The notes beneath the pieces are model-generated. The model was not told the origin of the DNA. It did not search any database and saw only the letters and a program-made list of their open reading frames with translations. From contig MHXH01000013.1 of the NCBI GenBank assembly GCA_001824435.1, positions 2,346-66,345 of the forward strand: a stretch of DNA of 64,000 nucleotides, in the 5' to 3' direction. Shown here piece by piece: positions 21,539-30,366 of this stretch. The DNA comes from Parcubacteria group bacterium RIFCSPLOWO2_01_FULL_48_18 (lineage in GTDB: Bacteria > Patescibacteriota > Minisyncoccia > UBA6257 > WO2-01-48-18). Within the stretch, counting starts at the first letter, position 1; every line of letters begins with the position of its first letter. Position numbers and translations under genes: made by a program.

Positions 21539-23524
21539 ATGACGCCTTCTCTGCTCCTCTTACGATATCTTGTCGGAAGAAGTATAATTATGGAGAATCG
21601 CGAGAAAATGAAAATTAAAACAATATTACAATTAAGCAGCGCCCTTATTGCGGTTACGATATTGGTAACAGGAGCGGTGTTTGGTTTAAGCATGCAGGCG
21701 TCTGACCGCGCCTCCCGGAAGACGAATCTTTCCAATGAAATATCAAGGGCGGTTTTCGAGATTAACGCACTTATTCGTGATTATGCGGCGTCCCGTCAAG
21801 AATATACCGGGAGACAAATACTTACTGCATTGGGGTCTTTGGGCGCTACGCTCAGAACTTACGAAGTAGACAACTCCGAAGAAACGATCGCCCTAGAAGA
21901 AATACGTAAAACCCGTAGGAAGATGGAAAATGACTTTATCAAAATCGCCGGTAATTTTGTACGGAAAATTGAGCATGAGCCGGAAGAACAATTAGGCATC
22001 GAGTCTTTGCCCGATTTTACAAACCAATTACTTATTGATTCGGAGAGCCTCGCGTCTTTTGCGACGAAGCTGCATAAAATGAATCAGGAGGAAGCTGCGG
22101 CAAGCCGCCTGACTACGATATTTTTACCTCTTGTCGTTATTGTCATTCTTTTAACGGCAACAGTGTTCGGTTCAAACGTTGTCAACAGATATATAGTAAC
22201 GCTTCTATCCCGTCTCGAAGAAGGAACGAAGATTATTTCGAAGGGAAACTTAGACTATAGGATTATGATTCGGGGAAATAATGAATTTTCTGAACTCTCC
22301 GGCGCGTTTAATAGCATGGCGGCTGCATTAAAAGAATCGTACTCGGGCCTGGAAAAAAAGGTGGAAGAGAAAACCCACGAGCTTAAGCAAAAAATGGAAG
22401 AGCTGGACCATGACAGGGCAAAGGACGAGGCGCTTCTCTCAAGCATTGGAGAGGGGATGGTTGCGACAGACAAGGAAGGCGCGGTGATAAAGGTAAGTAA
22501 ATCGCTAGAAACCATGTTCGGATGGAAGTCAGAAGATTTATTGGGGAAAAGCGTTTTTGAGTGTATACGTTTGGCGGATGAAAAAAACGATGCAGTGCCA
22601 AAAGATAATAATCCGCTACAACGCGCTTTAACCGCCGGCGCTGCGACGAGCGACCCCGACATTTTTTGTATTCGGAAAGACGGCACAAGGTTTCCTTCCT
22701 CGATTACCGTTTCGCCGGTTATTCTTGGAGGAAAAACGATTGGGGCAATCGCGCTCATTCGGGATATAACTCAAGAAAAAGAACTTGACCGCGCGAAAAG
22801 CGAATTTGTTTCCCTCGCCTCTCATCAGCTACGGACGCCGATTACCGGCATCAAATGGGCCGTAGAATATTTATTGGACGTAAAGGGGGTCAGCGAACAG
22901 GAAAGCAGGACATACCTTGATCGCATCGAGCGTACCACAAAGAATCTTTCTAACCTCGTTGAGGCCATGCTTGACGTTTCCCGTATCGAAACGGGGAGAA
23001 TGGCTGTTATTCCGACTCCTTTTGACGCAATAGAATTTATTAGGGAATACGTTAACGAGTACGGCGTGATTGCCGCGAAAAAGAACGTATCGCTCGGATT
23101 TACAAAACATCCTGAAGCGCTCCCCGTTGTTACCGATCGTATTGCGCTTCAGAATGTAGTTCAGTCGCTGGTATCGAATGCTTTGGAATATACGCCGGAA
23201 AATGGGAGGGTCGAACTATCGTTAGAAAAGCGCGACCATACGTTTCTCGTTACCGTTGCCGATACGGGCATCGGAATTCCACGAGAAGAGCAAGAAAAAA
23301 TTTTTAAAAAATTCGGGAGAGCAAGTAACGCCGCTCGGATGAAAGCGAGCGGTACGGGCCTCGGCCTTTATCTTGTCGCCCAAGTCGTCAAGCTTCTGGA
23401 CGGAAAAGTCTGGTTTAAAAGCGGGGAACACGATGGTACAACCTTCTTTGTTGAACTTCCTCTGCGATCGGAACCGCGTGCCGGAGAGTTACAGTTCGCC
23501 AAACGGGAAGGCCCGGAGATATAA
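21539..23524 (+). CDS. sensor histidine kinase (TM-HAMP-PAS-HisKA-HATPase_c)
   Basis: Two TM helices flank a periplasmic domain. H-box EFVSLASHQLRTPITGI, N-box LVSNALEYT, G-boxes DTGIGIP and GTGLGL. The probable start is MENREK or MKIKTIL. Confidence 0.85.
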   Translation: MTPSLLLLRYLVGRSIIMENREKMKIKTILQLSSALIAVTILVTGAVFGLSMQASDRASRKTNLSNEISRAVFEINALIRDYAASRQEYTGRQILTALGSLGATLRTYEVDNSEETIALEEIRKTRRKMENDFIKIAGNFVRKIEHEPEEQLGIESLPDFTNQLLIDSESLASFATKLHKMNQEEAAASRLTTIFLPLVVIVILLTATVFGSNVVNRYIVTLLSRLEEGTKIISKGNLDYRIMIRGNNEFSELSGAFNSMAAALKESYSGLEKKVEEKTHELKQKMEELDHDRAKDEALLSSIGEGMVATDKEGAVIKVSKSLETMFGWKSEDLLGKSVFECIRLADEKNDAVPKDNNPLQRALTAGAATSDPDIFCIRKDGTRFPSSITVSPVILGGKTIGAIALIRDITQEKELDRAKSEFVSLASHQLRTPITGIKWAVEYLLDVKGVSEQESRTYLDRIERTTKNLSNLVEAMLDVSRIETGRMAVIPTPFDAIEFIREYVNEYGVIAAKKNVSLGFTKHPEALPVVTDRIALQNVVQSLVSNALEYTPENGRVELSLEKRDHTFLVTVADTGIGIPREEQEKIFKKFGRASNAARMKASGTGLGLYLVAQVVKLLDGKVWFKSGEHDGTTFFVELPLRSEPRAGELQFAKREGPEI

Positions 23525-23557
23525 AGAAACTAGGCGGAGCACGGCTTTATACCTTAT

Positions 23558-23953
23558 ATGAATAAGCTTAAAATAGCACTAATCGAAGACGACGAAGTGT
23601 TATCAGCTGTTCTGCGTGACGGACTTGAGAGGGCCGGTTTTGAAGTGGCGCAAGCGTTTGATGGCGAAGAAGGCCTGGGGCTCGTAAGGTCATGGCGGCC
23701 CGATCTTATATTGCTTGACATCGTTATGCCAAAAATGGACGGTTTTGAATTTTTGGACGCGTTAAAGGCGTCTCCGGATAGTAACCAAACGAGCCGCCCC
23801 CCGGTAATTATCATTTCGATGAGCGGAAAAGACGAGGGAATAAAGAGGGCCCTAGAGGTTGGCGTGGATGATTATATCTTGAAGTCACAGCATACCGTCG
23901 CTGAAGTTATCGAGAAAGTAAAGGAATTTTTCTCTAAAGAACGGCGTCCATAG
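23558..23953 (+). CDS. single-domain response regulator (CheY-like receiver)
   Basis: IALIEDDE...DLILLDIVMPKMDG...ILKS carries the receiver Asp/Lys signature. It has no output domain. Confidence 0.85.
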   Translation: MNKLKIALIEDDEVLSAVLRDGLERAGFEVAQAFDGEEGLGLVRSWRPDLILLDIVMPKMDGFEFLDALKASPDSNQTSRPPVIIISMSGKDEGIKRALEVGVDDYILKSQHTVAEVIEKVKEFFSKERRP

Positions 23954-23977
23954 AAACTCTTCTACATATATGTATAT

Positions 23978-24520
23978 ATGCGATCAAAGCATTATCGTAC
24001 AAAGTTATTGATAGCATTTGCGATGCTTTTGGGAGTTGTTGCCGGCCTCTATTCGCAATTTTTTGTTTCGCTGGGAATTTTTAATTTTACCGCCAATAGG
24101 CCCGAAAGAATTGAGCTTGATGCGCTTGGCCTCTCGCAGTTCGGAGTCGACGTGGATACGGTTGAAAACGATATCAACCGTTTTGTCGCGAGCGCGAACA
24201 ATGCGCAGCAGGGGACCCATTTTCTTCTTGGCGCGATCTCGGGCTTGATCTTTTCCCGCGCTACAGCCGGTTTTAGCGTGGGCATCATCAAAGAACTCTA
24301 TGATTTCATACAGAACTATCGAGGAAACCATATTAATTACGGCTATTTTATCGATGCCGCGATCGATATTAGTTTCTGGTTTGCGGGCGGTTTCGTCGGG
24401 TTCTATTTTTTAAGCGCCCTCTATGACGTGTTTCATCATTACGGTATTCACAACCCAAAGGGCTTGCTGGTTTTTTTGGGCAAAAAGGTGCTGGGAAAGA
24501 ATATTGAAATTAGCTCGTAG
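23978..24520 (+). CDS. hypothetical multi-pass membrane protein
   Basis: 180 aa with 3-4 hydrophobic helices. It is co-directional with and immediately downstream of the two-component pair. Confidence 0.4.
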   Translation: MRSKHYRTKLLIAFAMLLGVVAGLYSQFFVSLGIFNFTANRPERIELDALGLSQFGVDVDTVENDINRFVASANNAQQGTHFLLGAISGLIFSRATAGFSVGIIKELYDFIQNYRGNHINYGYFIDAAIDISFWFAGGFVGFYFLSALYDVFHHYGIHNPKGLLVFLGKKVLGKNIEISS

Positions 24521-24578
24521 CCCCCGCCGTATCATCTATCTGATCGGCATCGCAAGTCCCTCGGCTTCTATAAAAATA

Positions 24579-25985
24579 CTACCAACCGAATGTATAAGGA
24601 GAGATCAGGATAAATCCGCCGACTGCCAGCGCGATGACGGACAGTAATAATTGAAAGCGGCGGCGCGGCGATTGAGCTTCGATGCTTTTACCGACCAAGA
24701 AGGAAGTAAGCAGTATTGAAAAGATGAGCCCCGGAAAATAATGATAAAGGAATGCAACCCGTTTCACTACCGTCATAAATGGAAGAAGAGAAAGGGCATA
24801 GCCGCCTAGAAGCAACAGGGGAATTCTGTATTTTTCCAAAATAATTTGCTTACCGCGGCGCAGTATATCCACGAATATCCATATAACCGCCGCTGTGCCG
24901 CCAAACCATACGACGGGGTTGCCCATCAGTACGATAATGCCGGCCGCACCGTTCATGACGGCGGCCAGAGCATCCTGCAGCGCATCGGGGAAATACAAAA
25001 TCGGCCCTACCATGAACGGCCACAAATACCAGTTGCTTTGCGCAGGATGTGAGTCGACGCCGACCGTATAACCGCTCAATATGGTATTGAGTTCGACGAG
25101 AGTTGCTTTTGCGTGCGGTAAAACTGTGCGAAACATGGCCGGCGCATTGGGGAAAGCGTCTTCGGGCGCGCTGCGGGATATCCAGGGGATGAGCGTTTGA
25201 TAGTAGGAAATTCGTTCGTCAACCGGAACGAAGAACGAATTGAGCGCGGCAAGCAAAATCAAAAACACGCCGATACCCGCAAAGAAGAATGCGGCTGCAT
25301 TGCGAATCCTGGTTGCAAGAGGAATGTCGCGATCAACCAGAAGGGAGATGATCACCGGCCCCGAGAATCCCAGCGCCAGTAACTTAACGTTCAACGCAAA
25401 TCCCCAGAGTATTCCTCCCAGGAGTGGCTTCCGGCGCTGCCGATGAAAAAAACAGGTAAGCGCGGCAAGTCCAAACGCAAGATACATGCCGTTTAAAAGA
25501 ATGAGCCGCGTTTCCACGAGCAAGGAATTTTCAACAAGGATAAAAAACGCAGCCAGAAGGGGAATAAGGGTTCCCGAAACAATCTGCCGCAGGAAGAGAT
25601 AAGCGAAGACAGGCAGCAATATGCCGAAAACCGCGTTCGTGAGCCGCAGAGCGATATACGGAAAGCCGCCGTATGGACGATCCAGCACTTCATAGAGGAT
25701 GTTGGTGGAGCGGGAATCTTTTTCTATTTTGACAAACCTGCTTTCATCCGGCGGGTTTTGGTCAAACAGCAAAATGGCCGCAGCGTATATTGTTTTTCCC
25801 AAGGGCGGATGGATGTCGAGATGCGGTCGGCGGTACGCGTAATCGGCAGCGTACGTGGCAAAATGCGCCTCGTCAAAAACAGGCCGATCCGGATAATCGA
25901 CGTTGATCACATGGAGCAGTACGCCGAGAGCGACAATTGCGGCAAGCGTAAACGAATGACGATTCATCCCGTTAGAAACAGACAT
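24579..25985 (-). CDS. GT39/PMT-like phospholipid-carrier-dependent glycosyltransferase (dolichyl-phosphate-mannose protein mannosyltransferase family)
   Basis: Multi-TM protein with the N-terminal loop motif VFDEAHF (DE motif), characteristic of GT-C PMT/ArnT-like enzymes. Confidence 0.7.
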   Translation of the reverse strand: MSVSNGMNRHSFTLAAIVALGVLLHVINVDYPDRPVFDEAHFATYAADYAYRRPHLDIHPPLGKTIYAAAILLFDQNPPDESRFVKIEKDSRSTNILYEVLDRPYGGFPYIALRLTNAVFGILLPVFAYLFLRQIVSGTLIPLLAAFFILVENSLLVETRLILLNGMYLAFGLAALTCFFHRQRRKPLLGGILWGFALNVKLLALGFSGPVIISLLVDRDIPLATRIRNAAAFFFAGIGVFLILLAALNSFFVPVDERISYYQTLIPWISRSAPEDAFPNAPAMFRTVLPHAKATLVELNTILSGYTVGVDSHPAQSNWYLWPFMVGPILYFPDALQDALAAVMNGAAGIIVLMGNPVVWFGGTAAVIWIFVDILRRGKQIILEKYRIPLLLLGGYALSLLPFMTVVKRVAFLYHYFPGLIFSILLTSFLVGKSIEAQSPRRRFQLLLSVIALAVGGFILISPYTFGW

Positions 25986-26148
25986 TCGTCCCGAGGTCTT
26001 CGACCTTGAGGTCTCAGACCGAAGGGACTCAGTCCCGAGGGATCGCGATCGGCGATCCGTAAAAGACTTGACTTGTTATACAAACGACTTTCATAGTGCT
26101 GAGACGTCGCGTGACGCAACAGGCGATCGCGGTTTCTAACGGGACTTA

Positions 26149-26586
26149 TCATTTTGAGAGACTCCGCATTTTTTCTATCAACGGGAGGTCGGCTTCGGCA
26201 AAATCAAAATTGCCCATTTCGTCCATACGAACCCATTTAATCTCATCATGGGAATCCAGGCGAAATTCTCCCGATATATATTTTGCACGATATCCGAGCA
26301 GTCTAACCTTGCTATCGTTGTAACTAAAAACGCTTTCCGCAATAAAGTCGCCTATCTCTGTCACAACGCCAAACTCTTCTTTTAATTCTCTGGCAAGACA
26401 TTCTTCCGGCGTTTCTCCCGGTTCTATTTTACCTCCCGGAAATTCCCACTTATGTTCAAGGCGCTTTCCCCCTTTCCGCTTCGCAATAAGAAAATAGCCG
26501 TTGCTTTCAATGATCGCAGCAGTCACATCGATGATGGCCGCAGAATTTGTTGAAACCCGCTTCTCATTCCGAAAACGCATAAGCAA
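26149..26586 (-). CDS. NUDIX hydrolase (MutT-like)
   Basis: Nudix box GGKIEPGETPEECLARELKEEFG. Confidence 0.85.
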   Translation of the reverse strand: MLMRFRNEKRVSTNSAAIIDVTAAIIESNGYFLIAKRKGGKRLEHKWEFPGGKIEPGETPEECLARELKEEFGVVTEIGDFIAESVFSYNDSKVRLLGYRAKYISGEFRLDSHDEIKWVRMDEMGNFDFAEADLPLIEKMRSLSK

Positions 26587-26608
26587 AAAATAGATAGCAA
26601 AGATTTGA

Positions 26609-26680
26609 TGGGCGATGTAGGGATTGAACCTACGGCCTCTTCGGTGTAAACGAAGCGCTCTACCACTGAGCTAATCGCCC
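26609..26680 (-). tRNA. tRNA-Val (anticodon TAC)
   Basis: Reverse complement GGGCGATTAGCTCAGTGGTAGAGCGCTTCGTTTACACCGAAGAGGCCGTAGGTTCAATCCCTACATCGCCCA folds as a cloverleaf. It has a 7-bp acceptor GGGCGAT/ATCGCCC, D-loop AGTGGTAG, anticodon loop TTTACAC and T-loop TTCAATC. Confidence 0.85.
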
Positions 26681-26739
26681 GAATTATTGTAATCTTAAAC
26701 GCAAAATTCGTAAAAAGCAACGAATCTGATACAATAAAT

Positions 26740-28245
26740 TTGATGAAATTTTCTGTTCCGGGAGAAGTCTTGACCGCATTGCATACACTCAATGATGCCG
26801 GCTTCGAAGCGTATATTGTCGGCGGCTGCGTGCGGGATTTATTGCTCGGTAAAGAACCGAAAGATTGGGATATTACCACGAACGCAAAACCCGAAGAAAT
26901 TCAGAAGCTCTTTTCGGAAAGCGTGTATGAAAATACATTCGGCACGGTGGGCGTAAAGACCGGATCGGAAAATCCGCGCCTTGCCATTGTCGAAATTACT
27001 ACGTACCGCAAAGAAGAAAAATACAGCGATAAGCGCCATCCGGATAAACTCGAATTTACCGACTCGATTGAAGAAGACCTCAAACGACGAGATTTCACCA
27101 TTAATGCTATTGCCATGAAATTAACCAGCTACCAGCTACCTCTCGAAACTGCTCGGGGCAAGCAAGCTACAAGCTACAAGCTCATCGATCCTTTTGGTGG
27201 TCAGGGAGACCTTGAAAAAAAACTTGTTCGAACAGTGGGTAATCCCGAGAATCGATTTTCCGAAGACGCCCTGCGCCTCCTGCGCGCTCCGCGCTTCGCG
27301 ACAGCGCTTGGTTTCTCAACTGAAGAAGAAACCGCCCGAGCGATTAAAGCAAACGCTTCATGGCTCGCGGCGATTTCAAAAGAACGGATACGAGACGAAT
27401 TCGTTCACATTATCATGGCTGAACAGGCAGCCGAAGGGATTTGGCTTCTTGAAGAACTACGTCTGTTAGAACACATCATTCCCGAACTTCGCGAGGGCAT
27501 CGGCGTAGGACAGAACAAACACCATGTGTATACGGTTTTCGAACATAACCTGAAATCCCTTGCATATGCGGCTCTAAACGATTTTTCTCTGGATGTGCGG
27601 CTCGCATCTCTCTTGCATGATGTCGGAAAACCGCGGACGAAGCGCGGCGAGGGGCCTGATTGCACGTTTTATGGCCACCAAGTCGTCGGAGAAAGAATGG
27701 CGCTTGAAGTGTTTGACCGCCTCCGATTTTCCAGAAAAACCGTCGAGCGCGTCGCGCTTCTCATCCGCGAGCATATGTTTGTCTATGACGTCGGCACGGT
27801 AACTCCTGCCGGCGTTCGGCGTCTCATTCGCCGCGTCAGTATGGAAAATATCGATGATCTTTTTCAACTCCGCGAAGCGGACAGGATCGGTTCCGGTGTC
27901 CCCAAAGCGCAGCCGTACCGCTTGCGGCATTTGAAATTCATGGTTGAAAAAGTTTCCCGCGATCCGATTTCCGTAAAAATGCTTGCAGTCCGCGGCGACG
28001 ACGTGATGAAAATTTTAAACATCGAGCCAGGGCCGAAAATCGGGCTCATTCTTAATGCGCTGTTGGGCGAGGCGCTGGAAAATCCAAACATCAATACAAA
28101 AACGATTCTCTCAAAACGGGTTGCAGAATTAGGAACAATGAGCGATGATGATCTGAAGAAACTTGCCGAGAAAGGCTTGGGAACAAAAGAAGGGCTGGAA
28201 ACCGAAGCCGAAGAAGAAATAAAGAAAAAACATTATGTAAAATGA
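26740..28245 (+). CDS. cca: CCA-adding tRNA nucleotidyltransferase with HD domain
   Basis: GGCVRDLLLGKEPKDWDITT polymerase-beta head motif, RRDFTINA, and an HD domain (HDVGK...). 501 aa. Confidence 0.85.
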   Translation: MMKFSVPGEVLTALHTLNDAGFEAYIVGGCVRDLLLGKEPKDWDITTNAKPEEIQKLFSESVYENTFGTVGVKTGSENPRLAIVEITTYRKEEKYSDKRHPDKLEFTDSIEEDLKRRDFTINAIAMKLTSYQLPLETARGKQATSYKLIDPFGGQGDLEKKLVRTVGNPENRFSEDALRLLRAPRFATALGFSTEEETARAIKANASWLAAISKERIRDEFVHIIMAEQAAEGIWLLEELRLLEHIIPELREGIGVGQNKHHVYTVFEHNLKSLAYAALNDFSLDVRLASLLHDVGKPRTKRGEGPDCTFYGHQVVGERMALEVFDRLRFSRKTVERVALLIREHMFVYDVGTVTPAGVRRLIRRVSMENIDDLFQLREADRIGSGVPKAQPYRLRHLKFMVEKVSRDPISVKMLAVRGDDVMKILNIEPGPKIGLILNALLGEALENPNINTKTILSKRVAELGTMSDDDLKKLAEKGLGTKEGLETEAEEEIKKKHYVK

Positions 28246-28378
28246 AGCTCCACGGGCTCACGCCCGCGGTATCCTTTCCGAATTGAGGGTGGAGCGAAAT
28301 CCGCCGAAGCAGAAGATTGGCTCGCATTCAGCCGCGGGCTTACGCCCACGGTCTTCTGCGAAGGCGGATAAATCTTCG
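28243..28378. repeat. ~135-bp structured intergenic repeat, copy 1 (second copy at 52210..52345)
   Basis: About 90% identical to 52210..52345. It begins at the TGA stop of cca and contains an inverted repeat (ATCCGCCGAAGCAGAAG ... CTTCTGCGAAGGCGGAT) and a direct repeat CGGGCT(C/T)ACGCCC. Confidence 0.8.
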
Positions 28379-28454
28379 GACAATCGGAAAACCTTTCATT
28401 TTCGGAATAAACAGCCCGACGAGTAAAAACGCGCGTTCGTCCCGTTAGAGAATT

Positions 28455-28506
28455 ACCGGGCTGCAGTATAGTAGTATACCGGTAGTACGGGAGACCAGCC
28501 CCGCAC
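28455..28506 (+). pseudogene. degenerate partial tRNA copy (pseudo-tRNA, ends ...GCACCA)
   Basis: GGGCTGCAGTATAGTAGTATACCGGTAGTACGGGAGACCAGCCCCGCACCA resembles the 5' half of the adjacent tRNA-Pro (GTATAGTA..GGTAGTACG) but lacks a full anticodon arm and T-arm. Confidence 0.35.
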
Positions 28507-28515
28507 CAGAATTAT

Positions 28516-28586
28516 CGGGGTATAGTATAGTGGTAGTACGCTGGCTTCGGGAGTCAGTAGCCCCGGTTCGAATCCGGGTACCCCGA
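28516..28586 (+). tRNA. tRNA-Pro (anticodon CGG)
   Basis: CGGGGTATAGTATAGTGGTAGTACGCTGGCTTCGGGAGTCAGTAGCCCCGGTTCGAATCCGGGTACCCCGA. It has a 7-bp acceptor CGGGGTA/TACCCCG, anticodon stem CTGGC/GTCAG with loop TTCGGGA, and T-arm CCCGG-TTCGAAT-CCGGG. Confidence 0.8.
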
Positions 28587-28599
28587 CAGAGAATTTTTG

Positions 28600-28682
28600 G
28601 TGCGTAGTTCGGGTGCCCCGTACCAGGGCGAAGCTCGGTGCGGGATAAACTCCAAGACCGGGTTTGATTCCCGGCACCCCGA
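28600..28682 (+). ncRNA. tRNA-like element (intact T-arm + acceptor 3' strand, 5' half not foldable by eye); possible second tRNA or pseudo-tRNA
   Basis: Ends ...GACCGGGTTTGATTCCCGGCACCCCGA, giving T-arm CCGGG-TTTGATT-CCCGG and an acceptor 3' strand plus discriminator A. I could not find a complementary 5' acceptor strand. Confidence 0.3.
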
Positions 28683-28840
28683 ATGAAAAAGGTGGGAGGG
28701 CAAGGGTGCGCAAAGACTGGGTTTTTTCTTCAGCTCCTGATTCAAGAAGAATTCCTGACCGCTCCGTTTAGGCGCGGCGGCAACGGTGGTGCCCATATTG
28801 TAAATAACAAAAAGACTGTTACGAAGACGAGAAACAAGCA

Positions 28841-29011
28841 ATGAAAATGCAAAAAATTAAGAAACCCATCGGCGTTGTTTTGGTACTGGTAGGACTTGTT
28901 GCTCTTTTAACACCTTTCACGCCCGGCTCGTGGTTGATTTTTGTTGGTTTGGAATTTCTTGGACTTAGAATGGTGTTTTGGGATAAAATAAAAACTGGTT
29001 TAAAAAAATGA
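28841..29011 (+). CDS. small membrane protein (56 aa, PGPGW-like motif)
   Basis: MKMQKIKKPIGVVLVLVGLVALLTPFTPGSWLIFVGLEFLGLRMVFWDKIKTGLKK: two short hydrophobic helices around a TPFTPGSW turn. It falls below the 60-aa cutoff of the ORF track. Confidence 0.4.
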   Translation: MKMQKIKKPIGVVLVLVGLVALLTPFTPGSWLIFVGLEFLGLRMVFWDKIKTGLKK

Positions 29012-29059
29012 TTCCCGATAGACAAAATAAAAGTTTATTGTGGCCGCGCCGTAACCAGC

Positions 29060-29641
29060 GTGGCATTATTTTTTTGGTACATTGACAAGATTGCGGCTTT
29101 GGACGTATCATACAATAATCTTAGGGATTGCGCTGACGTTTTTATGAATACCTTTTTCAACAGCTCATACGGATTTCAGATGTCGCTTGAACAAGTGGTA
29201 CAGGAGGTTGTACGTTTTATGGAAGCGGATCGCCAGAGGCGGTATAAGCTGATTATTGGAACCGATTCTGACGTGGTGCATGAAAATGGGGAAAAACAGC
29301 GCGGGAAGGCGGATTTTGTAACTGCGATTGTGATTCACCGCGTAGGCAACGGCGGCAGGTATTTCTGGCGGCGCATTCCGTATCAGCCCATGGCTTCGCT
29401 GCGCCAGCGGATGTATCAGGAAGTGATGTATTCTCTGGAGATCGCAAAAACCCTCTTTGGATATTTTCGGCAGGCGTCGTTTCCTTTCTTGGATTTTGAG
29501 ATCCATGTTGATGTCGGAGAAAACGGAGAAACGAAGACGATGATTCAGGAATTGGTATCAATGATCCGCGCGAATAATTTCGAGGCAAAGACAAAACCGG
29601 AGAGTTACGCGGCAACAAAGGTGGCAGACCGGCATGTGTAG
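29060..29641 (+). CDS. hypothetical protein, possible RNase H-fold YkuK/DUF458-like
   Basis: The central motif LIIGTDSDVV...ADFVTAIVIHRVGNGGRYF resembles the GTDS acidic-residue core of RNase H-like DUF458 proteins. The true start is probably an internal Met (MNTFF... or MSLEQ...). Confidence 0.4.
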   Translation: MALFFWYIDKIAALDVSYNNLRDCADVFMNTFFNSSYGFQMSLEQVVQEVVRFMEADRQRRYKLIIGTDSDVVHENGEKQRGKADFVTAIVIHRVGNGGRYFWRRIPYQPMASLRQRMYQEVMYSLEIAKTLFGYFRQASFPFLDFEIHVDVGENGETKTMIQELVSMIRANNFEAKTKPESYAATKVADRHV

Positions 29642-29753
29642 GGCTTACTCAAAATTTTCAAGCTGGAGGCGCAGAAAATTTTGTTTGTAAACCTACATCC
29701 CGAACGAATGTGAGGGATTTCTCAGTCTTTAATTTCTAAACATTATTCTGGAG

Positions 29754-30323
29754 ATGGATAAAATTGTTTTAGACATTGAAACTAAAAATTCGTTTGCGGA
29801 TGTGGGCGGCAGGGAATATGTCAGCGCGCTTGAGGTGTCGCTCGTTGGCGCATACTCGTACAATCGCGATGAGTATTTTTGTTTCGGCGAAACCCAACTG
29901 AACGATTTGGCCGAGGTGCTGCGCGGCGCGGGGCTTGTCGTGGGATTTGCGCTTCAGCGGTTCGATTTCCCGGTGTTGGCGAAGTATATGCCGTTTGATA
30001 TTTTCAAACTTAAGCACTTGGACATCTTAGAAGAGATTGAAGGAGGAATGGGAAGGCGTATCGGGCTTGGCGTGCTCGCCGAAGCCAATTTGGGAATGAA
30101 GAAAACGGGCCACGGCCTCGAATCGATAGAGCTGTATAAACAGGGAAAACTAGAAGAGCTGAAAGATTACTGCCTTAACGACGTAAAGCTTACAAAAGAA
30201 TTGTATGATTTGGCTCTCAAGCAGGGTTATTTGCTCATTCCGTCAAGAAACGATGGGGGCGTGGCGCAGAAGGTGAATTTCGACTGGAGCGAGGAAATAC
30301 TTCCGCAGGCAACGTTATTTTGA
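29754..30323 (+). CDS. DEDD-family 3'-5' exonuclease (DnaQ/RNase H-like fold)
   Basis: Exo I motif VLDIETKN (D-x-E) and Exo III motif YCLNDVKLTKELY (Y-x3-D). 189 aa. Confidence 0.6.
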   Translation: MDKIVLDIETKNSFADVGGREYVSALEVSLVGAYSYNRDEYFCFGETQLNDLAEVLRGAGLVVGFALQRFDFPVLAKYMPFDIFKLKHLDILEEIEGGMGRRIGLGVLAEANLGMKKTGHGLESIELYKQGKLEELKDYCLNDVKLTKELYDLALKQGYLLIPSRNDGGVAQKVNFDWSEEILPQATLF

Positions 30324-30366
30324 CCGCCCGCAATGAAGCTTGATGCGCCAAAGCCGCCTGCCGCGG

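Noticed and set aside
28091-28327. ORFs 28091..28327 and 51965..52294 encoding similar peptides (MRxNLLLRRISLxPQFGKDTA...).
   Set aside because: The similarity comes from the ~135-bp DNA repeat present at both sites. Both are antisense to the element and overlap the 3' ends of real genes, so they are not credible proteins.
28600-28682. Assigning an isotype to the third tRNA-like element.
   Set aside because: The T-arm and acceptor 3' strand are clear, but I could not find a 5' acceptor strand or anticodon stem that pairs. It may be a pseudo-tRNA or may need tRNAscan-SE to resolve.
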